64,000 bases of DNA, taken from positions 354,196 through 418,195 of the forward strand of contig CAVRAL010000004.1 of NCBI GenBank assembly GCA_963719085.1, given 5' to 3'. The position numbers and the translations under genes were made by a program. This document shows, in pieces, positions 39,014 to 48,566 of this stretch. How positions within the stretch are numbered: the stretch's first letter is position 1; every line of letters starts with the position of its first letter. The notes beneath the pieces were generated by a model that was not told the DNA's origin, searched no databases, and was given only the letters and a program-made list of their open reading frames with translations. Source of the stretch: a candidate division FCPU426 bacterium (lineage in GTDB: Bacteria; Oederibacteriota; Muellerivitia; Muellerivitales; Muellerivitaceae).

Positions 39014-40819
39014 ATGCATTTCCCCATGCTTTTAGTTTTTGGATTTATCGCCGGCGGCACCATTTTGATCGGATTGCCCATCGGACGCTTTAAAGGCTTT
39101 AACCCCACCCTGCGGGCCTCCCTGAGCATGTTCGCGGCGGGCATCCTGGTTTTTTTATTGGTGGAAATCATGGGAGGCGCCTGCGGCCAAACCGCTTCCG
39201 CGCTTCGGGACTTCACCGCCAACCCGGTCTCCGCGCTTTTATTGGTTCTGCTCCTCGTCATCGGTTTTTTCTTGGGCTTCGTGGGGCTGGTGAGCGTCGA
39301 GCAAAAACTAATCCGTTCCGCCGATCCCCTGAACCCCCAAAACCTGTCCCTGATGATCGCCATCGGCATTGGCCTTCATAACTTAAGCGAAGGGCTCGCC
39401 ATCGGCCAAGCCTTTGCCCAAGGCATGAACGGCCTGACGGTAAGCCTCATCCTGGGTTTCGCCTTGCACAACGCCACCGAAGGCTTCGGCATCATGGGCC
39501 CCGTGGTTCGGGCCGGACAAACGGTTTCTTGGGGCCGTATTCTGCTTTTGGCCGCCATTGGCGGCGGCCCGACCTTTGTGGGAACCCTCTTGGGCAGCCT
39601 TTGGACTTCGCCGTTCCTTTCCGTGCTGGTTTTGGCCATGGCCGGCGGCGCCTTGCTCTATGTATTGAAGGAACTATTGAACGGAGCCCGCCGGGAAACG
39701 GCCCAGGTGCTGGTCATGACCACCTTGGTTTTTGGTTTCACCATCGGCTGGGGCACCGAAGTCGTGGCGGACATTTCCCAAAGCTCACAAACCGCCGTGG
39801 AAGCCGACGGGGATAAAATAGCCTCTTCCGCCTCGGTTTCTGGGCCCGCCCTCAGCGCCGCCGAAGCCGCCGCCCAAGACCAAACCTCCAACGCCATGCT
39901 CCACGAGCAAGCCATGGCGCCTCAAACGCTTTCCGATGGAACTAAGGAATACGATTTGACCGCCTCGGCTTTTCCCTGGGAAGTTTATCCGGGCGTGAGG
40001 GTCATGGCTTGGGGATACAACGGCGAAGTCCCGGGCCCCTTGCTTCGGTGGAAAGTCGGCGACAAGGTTAAGATTGTGGTGAAGAATAATCTTCCCCAAG
40101 CCACCACGGTTCATTGGCACGGCCTGGCGGTTCCCAACGCCCAAGACGGCGTGCCCGGCATTACCCAAAAGGCTATCCCGCCTGGCGGCCAATATGTCTA
40201 TTCCTTTAAAGTCACGCCCCAAATGGTCGGCACCCATCTTTATCACACCCACGTCAACGACGATTTCCAGATGGATAAAGGACTGCATGGAGTCCTCCTC
40301 GTGGACCCGGCCGCGGGTGCCAAGCCCGCCGTTGACGCTTTATACGAGATCGCCTCTTTCAAAATCGGCGGTTCGGACAATGAAAATGTCTTTACCTTGG
40401 ACGGCAAGGCTTGCCCCGAAGCCCCGGCCCTGCGGGTTTCCAAAGGCTCCCTCGTTCACTTGCGATTGGTGAACGCCAGCGCCGAAGAATCGCACGTCAT
40501 GCACCTGCATGGCTACAGCTTTCAAATCGTGGCCTTGGACGGAAACCCCTTGGCCCGTCCCATCGTGGCCAACACGGTTCACTTGGCGCCGTCCCAAACC
40601 GCCGATGTGGAATTCATCGCCAACAATCCCGGCATCTGGATGTTCCATTGCCACATCCTAGATCACTTAATCAATCCCGGCCCCGCCGGAGACGGGTCCG
40701 AGACTGAAATCGCCGATATGGGGGGGCTGATGACCTTCGTGGAAGTGGTTGATTGGAAAAATCCGAAGTCAGATTATTTGGCCGCCGGCGCCGTCACAAG
40801 CGAAAGCATCTGCCGCTAG
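39014..40819 (+). CDS. ZIP-family metal permease fused to a two-domain multicopper oxidase
   Basis: 601 aa. Residues 1-~260: 8 TM helices with the two ZIP signature helices GLHNLSEGLAIG and ALHNATEGFGI. Residues ~300-601: cupredoxin domains with Cu ligands HWHG, HTH, HLHG, HCHILDH. Confidence 0.75.
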   Translation: MHFPMLLVFGFIAGGTILIGLPIGRFKGFNPTLRASLSMFAAGILVFLLVEIMGGACGQTASALRDFTANPVSALLLVLLLVIGFFLGFVGLVSVEQKLIRSADPLNPQNLSLMIAIGIGLHNLSEGLAIGQAFAQGMNGLTVSLILGFALHNATEGFGIMGPVVRAGQTVSWGRILLLAAIGGGPTFVGTLLGSLWTSPFLSVLVLAMAGGALLYVLKELLNGARRETAQVLVMTTLVFGFTIGWGTEVVADISQSSQTAVEADGDKIASSASVSGPALSAAEAAAQDQTSNAMLHEQAMAPQTLSDGTKEYDLTASAFPWEVYPGVRVMAWGYNGEVPGPLLRWKVGDKVKIVVKNNLPQATTVHWHGLAVPNAQDGVPGITQKAIPPGGQYVYSFKVTPQMVGTHLYHTHVNDDFQMDKGLHGVLLVDPAAGAKPAVDALYEIASFKIGGSDNENVFTLDGKACPEAPALRVSKGSLVHLRLVNASAEESHVMHLHGYSFQIVALDGNPLARPIVANTVHLAPSQTADVEFIANNPGIWMFHCHILDHLINPGPAGDGSETEIADMGGLMTFVEVVDWKNPKSDYLAAGAVTSESICR

Positions 40820-41099
40820 GACTAACGCCGCTAGCGGGCCGCCAGAACATTAAATAGCGTCAATGCGGCCCGCTACCCCTAAAATTCGGCAAGCATTTGG
40901 GGATTACCTTGAATTTTTTTGCCCAATAATTTAGCCCCCCTTTAAATTTGTGTCGAAACCAGGGCACTAAAAACCCCGCAATCCGCCGGGTTACTCTTTT
41001 ACCCTGATTTAACAATTCCCACCGCTTCAAGCGTCCCGCCACGGCGTATAGTTTTTATATCAATTCAAGTTCAGCGCAAGAGGCCGAAAGAGGTGCGAG

Positions 41100-41303
41100 A
41101 TGTCCACCACTTTGAAAGCTTCACTCATCCGGAAAGCCATCCGGGACTACAACTACAAATATGACGCCGTTTCGGGTTTAAAAGAACTGATGTGGCGATG
41201 CTCCAAATGCGGTGAGTTGGTGCATCGAAAGGATGGGTTGCCGGAAAAATGCCCCTCCTGCGGGGCTTCCCGGCTTGAGTTTTCGCTGGTCGAAGAAGAC
41301 TAG
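41100..41303 (+). CDS. small zinc-ribbon (rubredoxin-like) protein
   Basis: 67 aa. Two CxxC pairs (CSKCGE ... CPSCGA). Confidence 0.5.
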   Translation: MSTTLKASLIRKAIRDYNYKYDAVSGLKELMWRCSKCGELVHRKDGLPEKCPSCGASRLEFSLVEED

Positions 41304-41319
41304 AAGCCACTTCAAAACC

Positions 41320-41400
41320 CTTTCACCACCAAGGAAGGCAAAACGAATATTTTGATTGGAAAAAATATTTCTTGGCATCTTGGTGCCTTGGCGGTAAAAA
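41320..41400. repeat. MITE-like repeat copy 3 (shortened): ctttcaccaccaagg ... cttggcatcttggtgccttggcggtaaaaa
   Basis: Inverted arms plus internal aaggaaggcaaaa-cga-a-tttt block shared with copy 2. Confidence 0.5.
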
Positions 41401-41403
41401 AGT

Positions 41404-43302
41404 CTAGTTGGCTAAGGCTTTTTTGAGAAAGTCCTCGGCGGATAAAAATCCCACCGTGCGTAGGTCCTTGTGTTCCTGCCCATCCGCTCCCACGAAAATC
41501 AGCGTGGGAACGCCCATGATGCCGTAGCTTTTTTTCAGCGTTTCCACCGGCCCTGAGCTGTACTGGGTCAAATCCGCCTTCAATAAAATCCATTGCTTCA
41601 AGGCCTCATGCACCCGGGGATCCGAAAAGGTTTTAATCTCCAGTTCTTTGCAAGGCAGGCACCAGGCCGCGGAAAAGTCGATCAAGACGGGCTTGCCTTG
41701 TTTTTGAGCCTGGGCTAATAGGTCGGCGCTGTAAGGGACGAAGGGCAATTCGACCGGCTTGGGCCAGATCAAAAAAACGACCAGGCCTAAAACCGCGACC
41801 AAGGTTCCAAAAACCCGCTGGAAGGCTTTAAATCCGGTCCCCACGCCTTTTCCGGAAAAAAACCAGCCCAGCAATAAACCCGCCGCGATGAGGTAGGCCG
41901 GCACCAGTCCCCGGCTCCAGGCTGGGGGTAAAAGCGGGTTGAGAAAATAAAGCGGCATCCCCAAAAGCACCATCCCAAAAATCTTTTTCACCCAGACCAT
42001 CCACATCCCGGATCTGGGCAGTCTTTGAATTTCGTTTGAGAAAAAACCCAGCCAAAGATAAGGGAAACCCAGCCCCAGCGACAAGGTGAAGAACAAAATG
42101 AATCCCAAAAAGGGATCGGCCTTGGCGGCCACGAAGGTTAAAAGCCCGATGGAAAAAGGATCCACGCAAGGCGCGGCCACGATTCCAAAGACCAAACCCA
42201 TTCCCAAAGCGCCCACCCAGCCTTGGGCCTTGCCGCCGGCCACCTTATTTAAAAGCCAGCCCGGCGCTTGGATTTCATAAAGGCCGAACATGGAAAAGGA
42301 CAAGGTCACCAGAAGAATCGAAATGCCCGCCAAAATCAGGGGCGATTGAAGGGTCGACCCTAAGATGCGCCCGGTCAAGGCCGCCGTCACGCCCAGCCCC
42401 GAATAGGTCACGGAGATTCCCACCACATAGGCCAAGGCTTTGGCGAAAACCGCTCCCGGCTTCTCCGCTTTTTGGCTTCCAAAATAAGAAACGGTTAAAG
42501 GGATCATGGGATAAACGCAAGGCGTCAGGTTTAACGCCAGACCGCCCAAAAAGATCAGCGCGAAGGTAATCAGAATCCCCTTCTCCCTGAAAAATTTGGC
42601 GATGATATTTTCGGATCCGGCCGCGCCGGTTTGGGCGGCCAAGGCGCTTTTAAAAACATCCTCGTGAAGTGGAGCGACCGGCGCGCTAAGCCCCGCGGCT
42701 TGGAGCGGGATGCCGCCCGAGACAACGGCGGGCGCCAAACAAACTTGGTTATTACAGGCCTGGATTCTTAATTGAAAAGGCAGCCTAAGGGCGCCAATGG
42801 ATAAATTATCTTTTAACTTAACATCGGCGAAAAGCGTGACGCTTTGCTCATAAACCGAGAAGGCTTCCGTCAAACCACCTAAAGCCTTTTTTTCGCCCTC
42901 GGGAAACCGGACCGCCACCAGACTGGCAGGAGCGCCAGCACTGAGCGAAAAGGTCATAGGAATAAAACCATCGGGCAAACCGGACGCGGCGTTGACATGC
43001 CAACCGGATTGAATTTTAACCACCACCGCTATCGTTAAAAGGGTTCCCGAATGCACGGGGGCAAGTGAGGCGTAGCCCATGGCTTTCACCACGGAAGCGC
43101 TGTTCATCATGGGTTTGGCGTTTACGGGACCCGCCGAGAGCAGGCTGAGGGCCAGAAGAAGACACGAAACGGTTTGAACGATTTTGTTTTTCATATGCTG
43201 AGAATACCCGATTTCAGGCCTTGAGGTTACCCAGGCGCTGAAAAATCCTGAACTTCCAGGGAATACACTTAGGGATTTTAAAGATTCCGAAATCGCGGAC
43301 AA
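41404..43302 (-). CDS. dsbD: thiol:disulfide interchange protein DsbD
   Basis: 632 aa. Signal peptide, N-terminal Ig-like alpha domain, central 8-TM domain, C-terminal thioredoxin domain with WCLPCK. Confidence 0.85.
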   Translation of the reverse strand: MSAISESLKSLSVFPGSSGFFSAWVTSRPEIGYSQHMKNKIVQTVSCLLLALSLLSAGPVNAKPMMNSASVVKAMGYASLAPVHSGTLLTIAVVVKIQSGWHVNAASGLPDGFIPMTFSLSAGAPASLVAVRFPEGEKKALGGLTEAFSVYEQSVTLFADVKLKDNLSIGALRLPFQLRIQACNNQVCLAPAVVSGGIPLQAAGLSAPVAPLHEDVFKSALAAQTGAAGSENIIAKFFREKGILITFALIFLGGLALNLTPCVYPMIPLTVSYFGSQKAEKPGAVFAKALAYVVGISVTYSGLGVTAALTGRILGSTLQSPLILAGISILLVTLSFSMFGLYEIQAPGWLLNKVAGGKAQGWVGALGMGLVFGIVAAPCVDPFSIGLLTFVAAKADPFLGFILFFTLSLGLGFPYLWLGFFSNEIQRLPRSGMWMVWVKKIFGMVLLGMPLYFLNPLLPPAWSRGLVPAYLIAAGLLLGWFFSGKGVGTGFKAFQRVFGTLVAVLGLVVFLIWPKPVELPFVPYSADLLAQAQKQGKPVLIDFSAAWCLPCKELEIKTFSDPRVHEALKQWILLKADLTQYSSGPVETLKKSYGIMGVPTLIFVGADGQEHKDLRTVGFLSAEDFLKKALAN

Positions 43303-43373
43303 TCCGATGGGCCGCGATTTCGTGACGGCCCTATAAATATGAAAAGCTGATCTTTAGCTTTTCCAACCTTCCG

Positions 43374-44444
43374 TCAGACCGCCCGGCTTGTGGACTCCCG
43401 CACGATCAGCTCAGATTGCAGGGTGGTGGCCTTTTGCTCGATCGTTTCTTCGGCCATGATCTGGGACATCTTCTGGGCGGCCAAGCGGCCCATTTGGTAG
43501 GCCGAAAAGGAGACCGTGGTCAAAGCCGGTTGGTGATAAACGGCTTCTTCCATATCATCAAACCCGATCACCGAAACATGCTCGGGAACGTTGGAGCCCT
43601 TCATCTTTAAGGCCCGGATCGCCCCGATGGCCATTAGATCGTTGGCGCAAAGGATGGCGCTGGGACGGCGCACGGCGGTCCATATCTTTTGGGCCGCGCG
43701 GTATCCGCCCTCTTCCTCGAAATCACCATCGGCCACCCAATCGCTTTGAAAGTCCAACCGGTACTCCGCCAGGGTTTCCTGGAAAGCTTGAAACCGCTCC
43801 AACGCGTTGGTGGCCGTCATGCGGCCGTTGATCATACCGATACGCTCATGGCCCAACGCCACCAAATGCTTGATGGCCATCTTGACCCCGCCCTTGTTAT
43901 CGAGTCCCACATAGGGCAAATCTTCCTGGCCCGTGATTTTGCCGTTGATCAAAACAAAAGGCACATTGGCGTCGGAAAGTTCCCGGATTGACGCGTCGGT
44001 CGACCAGGCGTTTAACACGAACATGCCGTCCACACTGCCATCGCCCAGCAAGGCCCGGTAAGAAATCTGGGCTCGGGCTGTTTCATTCAGCGGATGGAAT
44101 AGAAGCCGGTAATGCTTTTCAGCGGCCACTTCTTCCAAGCCTTCCATGATTTTGGTGAAAAAGGGGCTGCGGAAGATGGTTGTATGGTGCGGCGCGATGA
44201 CCCCCCAGATGCTGGAGTGCTTTTGCCTTAAGCGGCGGGCATGGGCCTGGGGTTTGTAGTGCAGGTCCTTAATGGCCAATAGCACCTTGCGCCGGCAATC
44301 CTCGCTGACCCACTTTTTATTGTTGAGGACCCTGGAAACGGTCCCAATGGTGACTCCAGCGTGTTTGGCGACGTCTTTAATGGTGGCCACGGTAACTCCT
44401 AAAAACAAAAGGGGATGATTAAAATTTGACGGTATTCTAGTCAA
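43374..44444 (-). CDS. LacI-family transcriptional regulator
   Basis: HTH ATIKDVAKHAGVTIGTVSRVLNN plus periplasmic-binding-protein-like sugar-binding core. True start is probably ~50 nt inside the ORF. Confidence 0.85.
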   Translation of the reverse strand: MTRIPSNFNHPLLFLGVTVATIKDVAKHAGVTIGTVSRVLNNKKWVSEDCRRKVLLAIKDLHYKPQAHARRLRQKHSSIWGVIAPHHTTIFRSPFFTKIMEGLEEVAAEKHYRLLFHPLNETARAQISYRALLGDGSVDGMFVLNAWSTDASIRELSDANVPFVLINGKITGQEDLPYVGLDNKGGVKMAIKHLVALGHERIGMINGRMTATNALERFQAFQETLAEYRLDFQSDWVADGDFEEEGGYRAAQKIWTAVRRPSAILCANDLMAIGAIRALKMKGSNVPEHVSVIGFDDMEEAVYHQPALTTVSFSAYQMGRLAAQKMSQIMAEETIEQKATTLQSELIVRESTSRAV

Positions 44445-44565
44445 CTCAAAACGTGAAATACCAGTGTTTGGAAGGATTTAATTGAAAGGTTTGTGATAAA
44501 AATTTTCAGCCCTGTCAGAATTTATAAAGGGAAAATAAGAAAAAGGTCCGTCCCATGAGTTAGGA

Positions 44566-45546
44566 TTAATTGGAAGTTAAGCTTTTTTCAGTTAATTCTT
44601 TTTGATCGAAAGCGACTGAATAAAAGCCTTTAGAATCCGGTAAAAGTTGTTTCCCCCCCTGAAAAAGACCAAGGGTCGTGGAACTCTTTTCGTCCGGAAA
44701 CTTCATCCGCAAAACCACTTGGGGCGGGAAATGATCCGGCAAACTCCAGGTCCATTGAGTCTGACCCGCGCTTTGGACGGGAATAGTCTTCTCGAAAACC
44801 TTCTGGGCCTTCCAATAGGCGCCCACGGCTGAAAAGGTCTCAACCCAAATATCCTTGGCCTGTAAAGCGTCCAATATCTGGTTAAAAACGACTGTCTTGA
44901 TGGGCTGATAACCCCAAGGCGTGCCTTCCAGCCCGTGGATCATGAAGACCATCCAAGCCCCGGAGCTAAAGTCTTGGTCGATCCATTGTTGATAGACCGA
45001 GACCGGGGTATCGGTCATGGTGGTTTGCGAGGGGATATTAAACCAATCCGGCTCGCTGTCCGGCTTCATATAGTAGGTCCCATAGCCGCCCCGGGCGATA
45101 AAGCAGTTCTGCTGAACCCATTTCAAAACCCCGGGTGTGATTTCGGTATAGGGATAAGCGTAGCTATAAATGGGAATGCCAAAAGCGTTTTGAAGCACCA
45201 CTTGGGCTCCCGCCACTTGGGATTGTTCCTGCCCGGGATTTAAGCCCGCTGGATGCAAATGATCCAGGCTGTGGTTGCCCAGCTCATGGCCGGCCTTGAA
45301 GGCTTGGCGCCACTCATCTTTTTCGTCCGTGCGGTTGGCGATCAAAAAGAAGGTTCCATGCAAGCCCCGGCGGTTGAGCTCAGGGATCGCCACGGCTAAT
45401 TGGGAAGGATCGCTGTCGTCAAAAGTCAGCGAAGCGGCGGCCTTGTGACCGTTCCACGGGGCCACCTGGGGCAAAGGCAAGGTCGACTGGGCATGGACTG
45501 AAACCGCCGCGAATAGTAATGCCGTCGCTAGTATGATTTTTCGCAT
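44566..45546 (-). CDS. secreted polysaccharide deacetylase (NodB-homology) family protein
   Basis: 326 aa. Signal peptide, LTFDDSDPS (TFDD motif), HGTFF, GNHSLDH NodB motifs, plus ~120-aa C-terminal domain. Confidence 0.75.
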   Translation of the reverse strand: MRKIILATALLFAAVSVHAQSTLPLPQVAPWNGHKAAASLTFDDSDPSQLAVAIPELNRRGLHGTFFLIANRTDEKDEWRQAFKAGHELGNHSLDHLHPAGLNPGQEQSQVAGAQVVLQNAFGIPIYSYAYPYTEITPGVLKWVQQNCFIARGGYGTYYMKPDSEPDWFNIPSQTTMTDTPVSVYQQWIDQDFSSGAWMVFMIHGLEGTPWGYQPIKTVVFNQILDALQAKDIWVETFSAVGAYWKAQKVFEKTIPVQSAGQTQWTWSLPDHFPPQVVLRMKFPDEKSSTTLGLFQGGKQLLPDSKGFYSVAFDQKELTEKSLTSN

Positions 45547-45655
45547 CCATCGATCTCCGCTTAAAACTGTACTAGAATCCGCCCGGCACCCGGCTTCGTT
45601 ATAAAACTACGCCGGGCAAGGGTATACTATCCCCAATTCCCATTCAAGGACAGCC

Positions 45656-46714
45656 ATGAATTCTTTTGAAAAGGCCGAAAATTTCCGGTCCCGGTCGCGG
45701 TTTAAAGAAGCTGAAAAGGTTTACCGACAAATCCTTAAAACGACGGGTTTGGATTTCGCCGAAAAAGCCGAGGCCCTTTTAGGCTTGGGCGATGTCGAAA
45801 GAATCCAAGGCGACTTCACCGAGGCGCTTTCCCACTATTCTTCCGCTTACAAAATTTTACGCGCCCAAGACCCCGCGGCCGCCATGGACGCCAAGGTCGG
45901 CTGGGCCCTGGCCGCCCGGGCCGTGGGAAGACCGAAAGAAGCTTTGGTGGAGCTTCAAAAGGCCCTACGCTTTTACCAAAAGCAAAAAGACGCCTCCGGC
46001 GAAGCCTTTGCCCATTGGGCTTTAGGCGGCACCTTGCGGATCGCCGGCAAAATGAGCGAAGGCCTTCAAGAATTATTGATAGCCTTTAAACTTTTTAAAA
46101 AACTTAAAGATTTGGACGGCACCGCCTACACCTGCTGCGCGCTAGGCGGAATCTACCGGATGTTGGGAAATTACGCCCTTTCCGGAAAATATTACCGGGA
46201 AGCCAACCGCCGGATGCGAAAGCAAGATGATGTTTTCGGAACCGCCTATTCCTACTGCGGTTTAGGCAACGTGGAACGCATGGCGGGCCGTTTTAAATCC
46301 GCCCTGCCCTTTTATCGAAAAGCGGAGAAACTTTACGGCGCCATCGGTGACAAGGTCAGCTACGCCTATACCCTTTGGTCCATCGGAACGGCCTACAAGA
46401 TGATGGGCCTGCATTATCCCCAAGCCCATTGGGCTTTTTACAAAGCGGACCAGTTATTTAAAAAGACCGGCGATACTCGGGGACGGATCTACGCGTTGCT
46501 GGGCTTCGCCGAATCTGAATGGCTGCAAGGCCACACCGCCAAAGGCAACGCCTATTGGAAAGCGGCCAAGCAGATTGCGGATAAGAGTGACTTTGGTTGG
46601 GAAACCCTGCATGTGGAATCTTTGAAGGATGGCCGGGTGAAAAACCTGTCCAAGCGCTACCAAAAAGCCGGATCGAAGTTTTGGCCTACCCAATTGCCGG
46701 TAAATTGGCCTTAA
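45656..46714 (+). CDS. TPR-repeat protein
   Basis: 352 aa. ~8 tandem 34-residue repeats with W/A-LG-Y-A-F-A-P pattern. Confidence 0.7.
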   Translation: MNSFEKAENFRSRSRFKEAEKVYRQILKTTGLDFAEKAEALLGLGDVERIQGDFTEALSHYSSAYKILRAQDPAAAMDAKVGWALAARAVGRPKEALVELQKALRFYQKQKDASGEAFAHWALGGTLRIAGKMSEGLQELLIAFKLFKKLKDLDGTAYTCCALGGIYRMLGNYALSGKYYREANRRMRKQDDVFGTAYSYCGLGNVERMAGRFKSALPFYRKAEKLYGAIGDKVSYAYTLWSIGTAYKMMGLHYPQAHWAFYKADQLFKKTGDTRGRIYALLGFAESEWLQGHTAKGNAYWKAAKQIADKSDFGWETLHVESLKDGRVKNLSKRYQKAGSKFWPTQLPVNWP

Positions 46715-46809
46715 AAGCCGAGCAATTTAAAACGGTCACATTAAAAAAATTCGGGAATTTGCTGGGCGATTTCAAAAGCCTTTTGTTACTTTTAGGATCA
46801 ACGGATTTC

Positions 46810-47715
46810 TCAATTCGCTTTTTCATATTTTATAAATTTGTAACCATCCCCAACAGTTTGAATGCCATAAAGACTTTGTGTCCGACGGTTGACAAACAAA
46901 GGTCCGGCGAAAAGCCTGTGCCTGAAGTTCATACTTAAGGGACCTTCGATTTGGACCAAAAAGTTAAAATTCTTATCATATTTTTGGGTCATGGAAGACG
47001 TCGAGTATGGCAAGGTGGTCGAATAACGGTATCCATCTCCCCACATTGTTTTACAAATCCACACATAAATATTTCCCATTTCATCAATGGCGGCATAATT
47101 ATAAAACTCGTAATGCTGAGGTAAGTTTTCCATATGAATGGTTTTATCTTCATTTTTAATTTCTTCTTCAAAATCACCTTTAGCTCTTGGCGCAGTTGTG
47201 ACATTCAAGCCGACAAATGATTTCACCGAGCTTAGTGGTTGTGATTGCTTCAATCTCCTGAGAATTTTGCCACTGGTTTCAGAATAAGCAGTTCCGTCTC
47301 TCAGCACTACCGAATCGTCAAATCCCGAATCATCAAGAAAAGATTCCAATAATTTTCCATCACTTCCAAACCAATAGCATTTGGCCCTTTGAAAATTCCA
47401 AATCAAGAACGCTCCATCGTGATCAACGGAAATACGATATTGAATCCCGACTACTTCGGGCCAAAGAATGGTTTTTTTGAGTTTTCCTTGTTTATCAAAA
47501 ATACTCACAATTCCACGAGGCGGATCGCTCAAGCTATAATCCAAACTATATAAGTTATCTTGATCATCGAATTCCCAAGCTTGGTATGTAAACGCCGATT
47601 TAGGCAACGAGAACAGTTCTTTTGGCACATAGGTTTCTTTAGTTTCACAAAAAGAGACTGTATTAAGCAGAAGCAAGAGAACAAAGAAACTTAATTTCAG
47701 AAGGATGTTTTTCAA
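46810..47715 (-). CDS. secreted hypothetical protein in a low-GC patch
   Basis: 301 aa. Signal peptide MKNILLKLSFFVLLLLLNTVSFC, aromatic-rich, no recognised domain. Local GC clearly below the genome background. Confidence 0.5.
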   Translation of the reverse strand: MKNILLKLSFFVLLLLLNTVSFCETKETYVPKELFSLPKSAFTYQAWEFDDQDNLYSLDYSLSDPPRGIVSIFDKQGKLKKTILWPEVVGIQYRISVDHDGAFLIWNFQRAKCYWFGSDGKLLESFLDDSGFDDSVVLRDGTAYSETSGKILRRLKQSQPLSSVKSFVGLNVTTAPRAKGDFEEEIKNEDKTIHMENLPQHYEFYNYAAIDEMGNIYVWICKTMWGDGYRYSTTLPYSTSSMTQKYDKNFNFLVQIEGPLSMNFRHRLFAGPLFVNRRTQSLYGIQTVGDGYKFIKYEKAN

Positions 47716-47782
47716 AAAGTTCTTTCTTTGTTAAGAATTTGAACTCATCTACTCGTTTTAGTCGTAACGAATTTTATTAAAT

Positions 47783-48502
47783 CTAAATCTTTAAAACACC
47801 CTTCAAAAACTCTTTCACGGCTTTGTAGCTTTCTTCCGTGATCTGGTGCCCCATCTTAAATTCCTTCAAAACCGGGTTGTAACCGGCTTCCTTGAGGGCT
47901 TTCAGCGCTTTGCGGGAGCCTTCCACCGGCACGACGTCATCCTCAATGCCATGCACTAAAAGAATCGGCGTCTCAAAGGACGCTTCCGCCCGCATCAGCG
48001 TTTCCCAGGAATCGGGCATATAGCCGCTCATGGAGACGATCGCGGAAATCTTGCCTTTATAGTTAAGCCCGGCCTCCAGCGACATGACGCCGCCTTGGGA
48101 GAAGCCCATCACGACCAAAGGATTTTCTTTTTTTTCTTTTCCCGGCGCCGGGCGCAAGTTGGGATCGCTTTTGAACCGGTCGAAAACCTTGAAAAGATAT
48201 TCCCGGCTGTCGACCAAGTGCCGGCGGTCATGGGCCTGAAAATCGTACCAAGCCAAGGCTTCCGGCGGATAACCCGGTAAATGCATGGGCGCGTCCGGAA
48301 GGGCGAACCGGCAGCCATCCAGGTGAAAAGCCTGGCAAAGCGCGGCCAGGTCTTCCCCGTTGGTTCCTAATCCATGCAGGGTGACCAAAACCGGCGCGCC
48401 CGGCGGAACAATGGGCGGGTCCAAGATCAAACAGCGATGGCGGTCAATGGTCACTTCAGAAAAAATCACGAGCGCTCCTTGTTCATGGAAATCAAAACCC
48501 AT
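47783..48502 (-). CDS. alpha/beta-hydrolase (phospholipase/carboxylesterase family)
   Basis: 239 aa. Nucleophile elbow GFSQGG, C-terminal His motif. Confidence 0.75.
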   Translation of the reverse strand: MGFDFHEQGALVIFSEVTIDRHRCLILDPPIVPPGAPVLVTLHGLGTNGEDLAALCQAFHLDGCRFALPDAPMHLPGYPPEALAWYDFQAHDRRHLVDSREYLFKVFDRFKSDPNLRPAPGKEKKENPLVVMGFSQGGVMSLEAGLNYKGKISAIVSMSGYMPDSWETLMRAEASFETPILLVHGIEDDVVPVEGSRKALKALKEAGYNPVLKEFKMGHQITEESYKAVKEFLKGVLKI

Positions 48503-48566
48503 TGGGCCGTGGAAAAGCTTCCGCTGATTGGATTTTATGAAATCGGCCGAAGAAGAAACAGAACTT

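Noticed and set aside
40821-40866. Inverted repeat tagcgggccgc...gcggcccgcta after the ZIP-MCO gene, as a terminator
   Set aside because: The loop is ~22 nt and there is no downstream U-run. It may be a protein-binding palindrome but is not a convincing intrinsic terminator.
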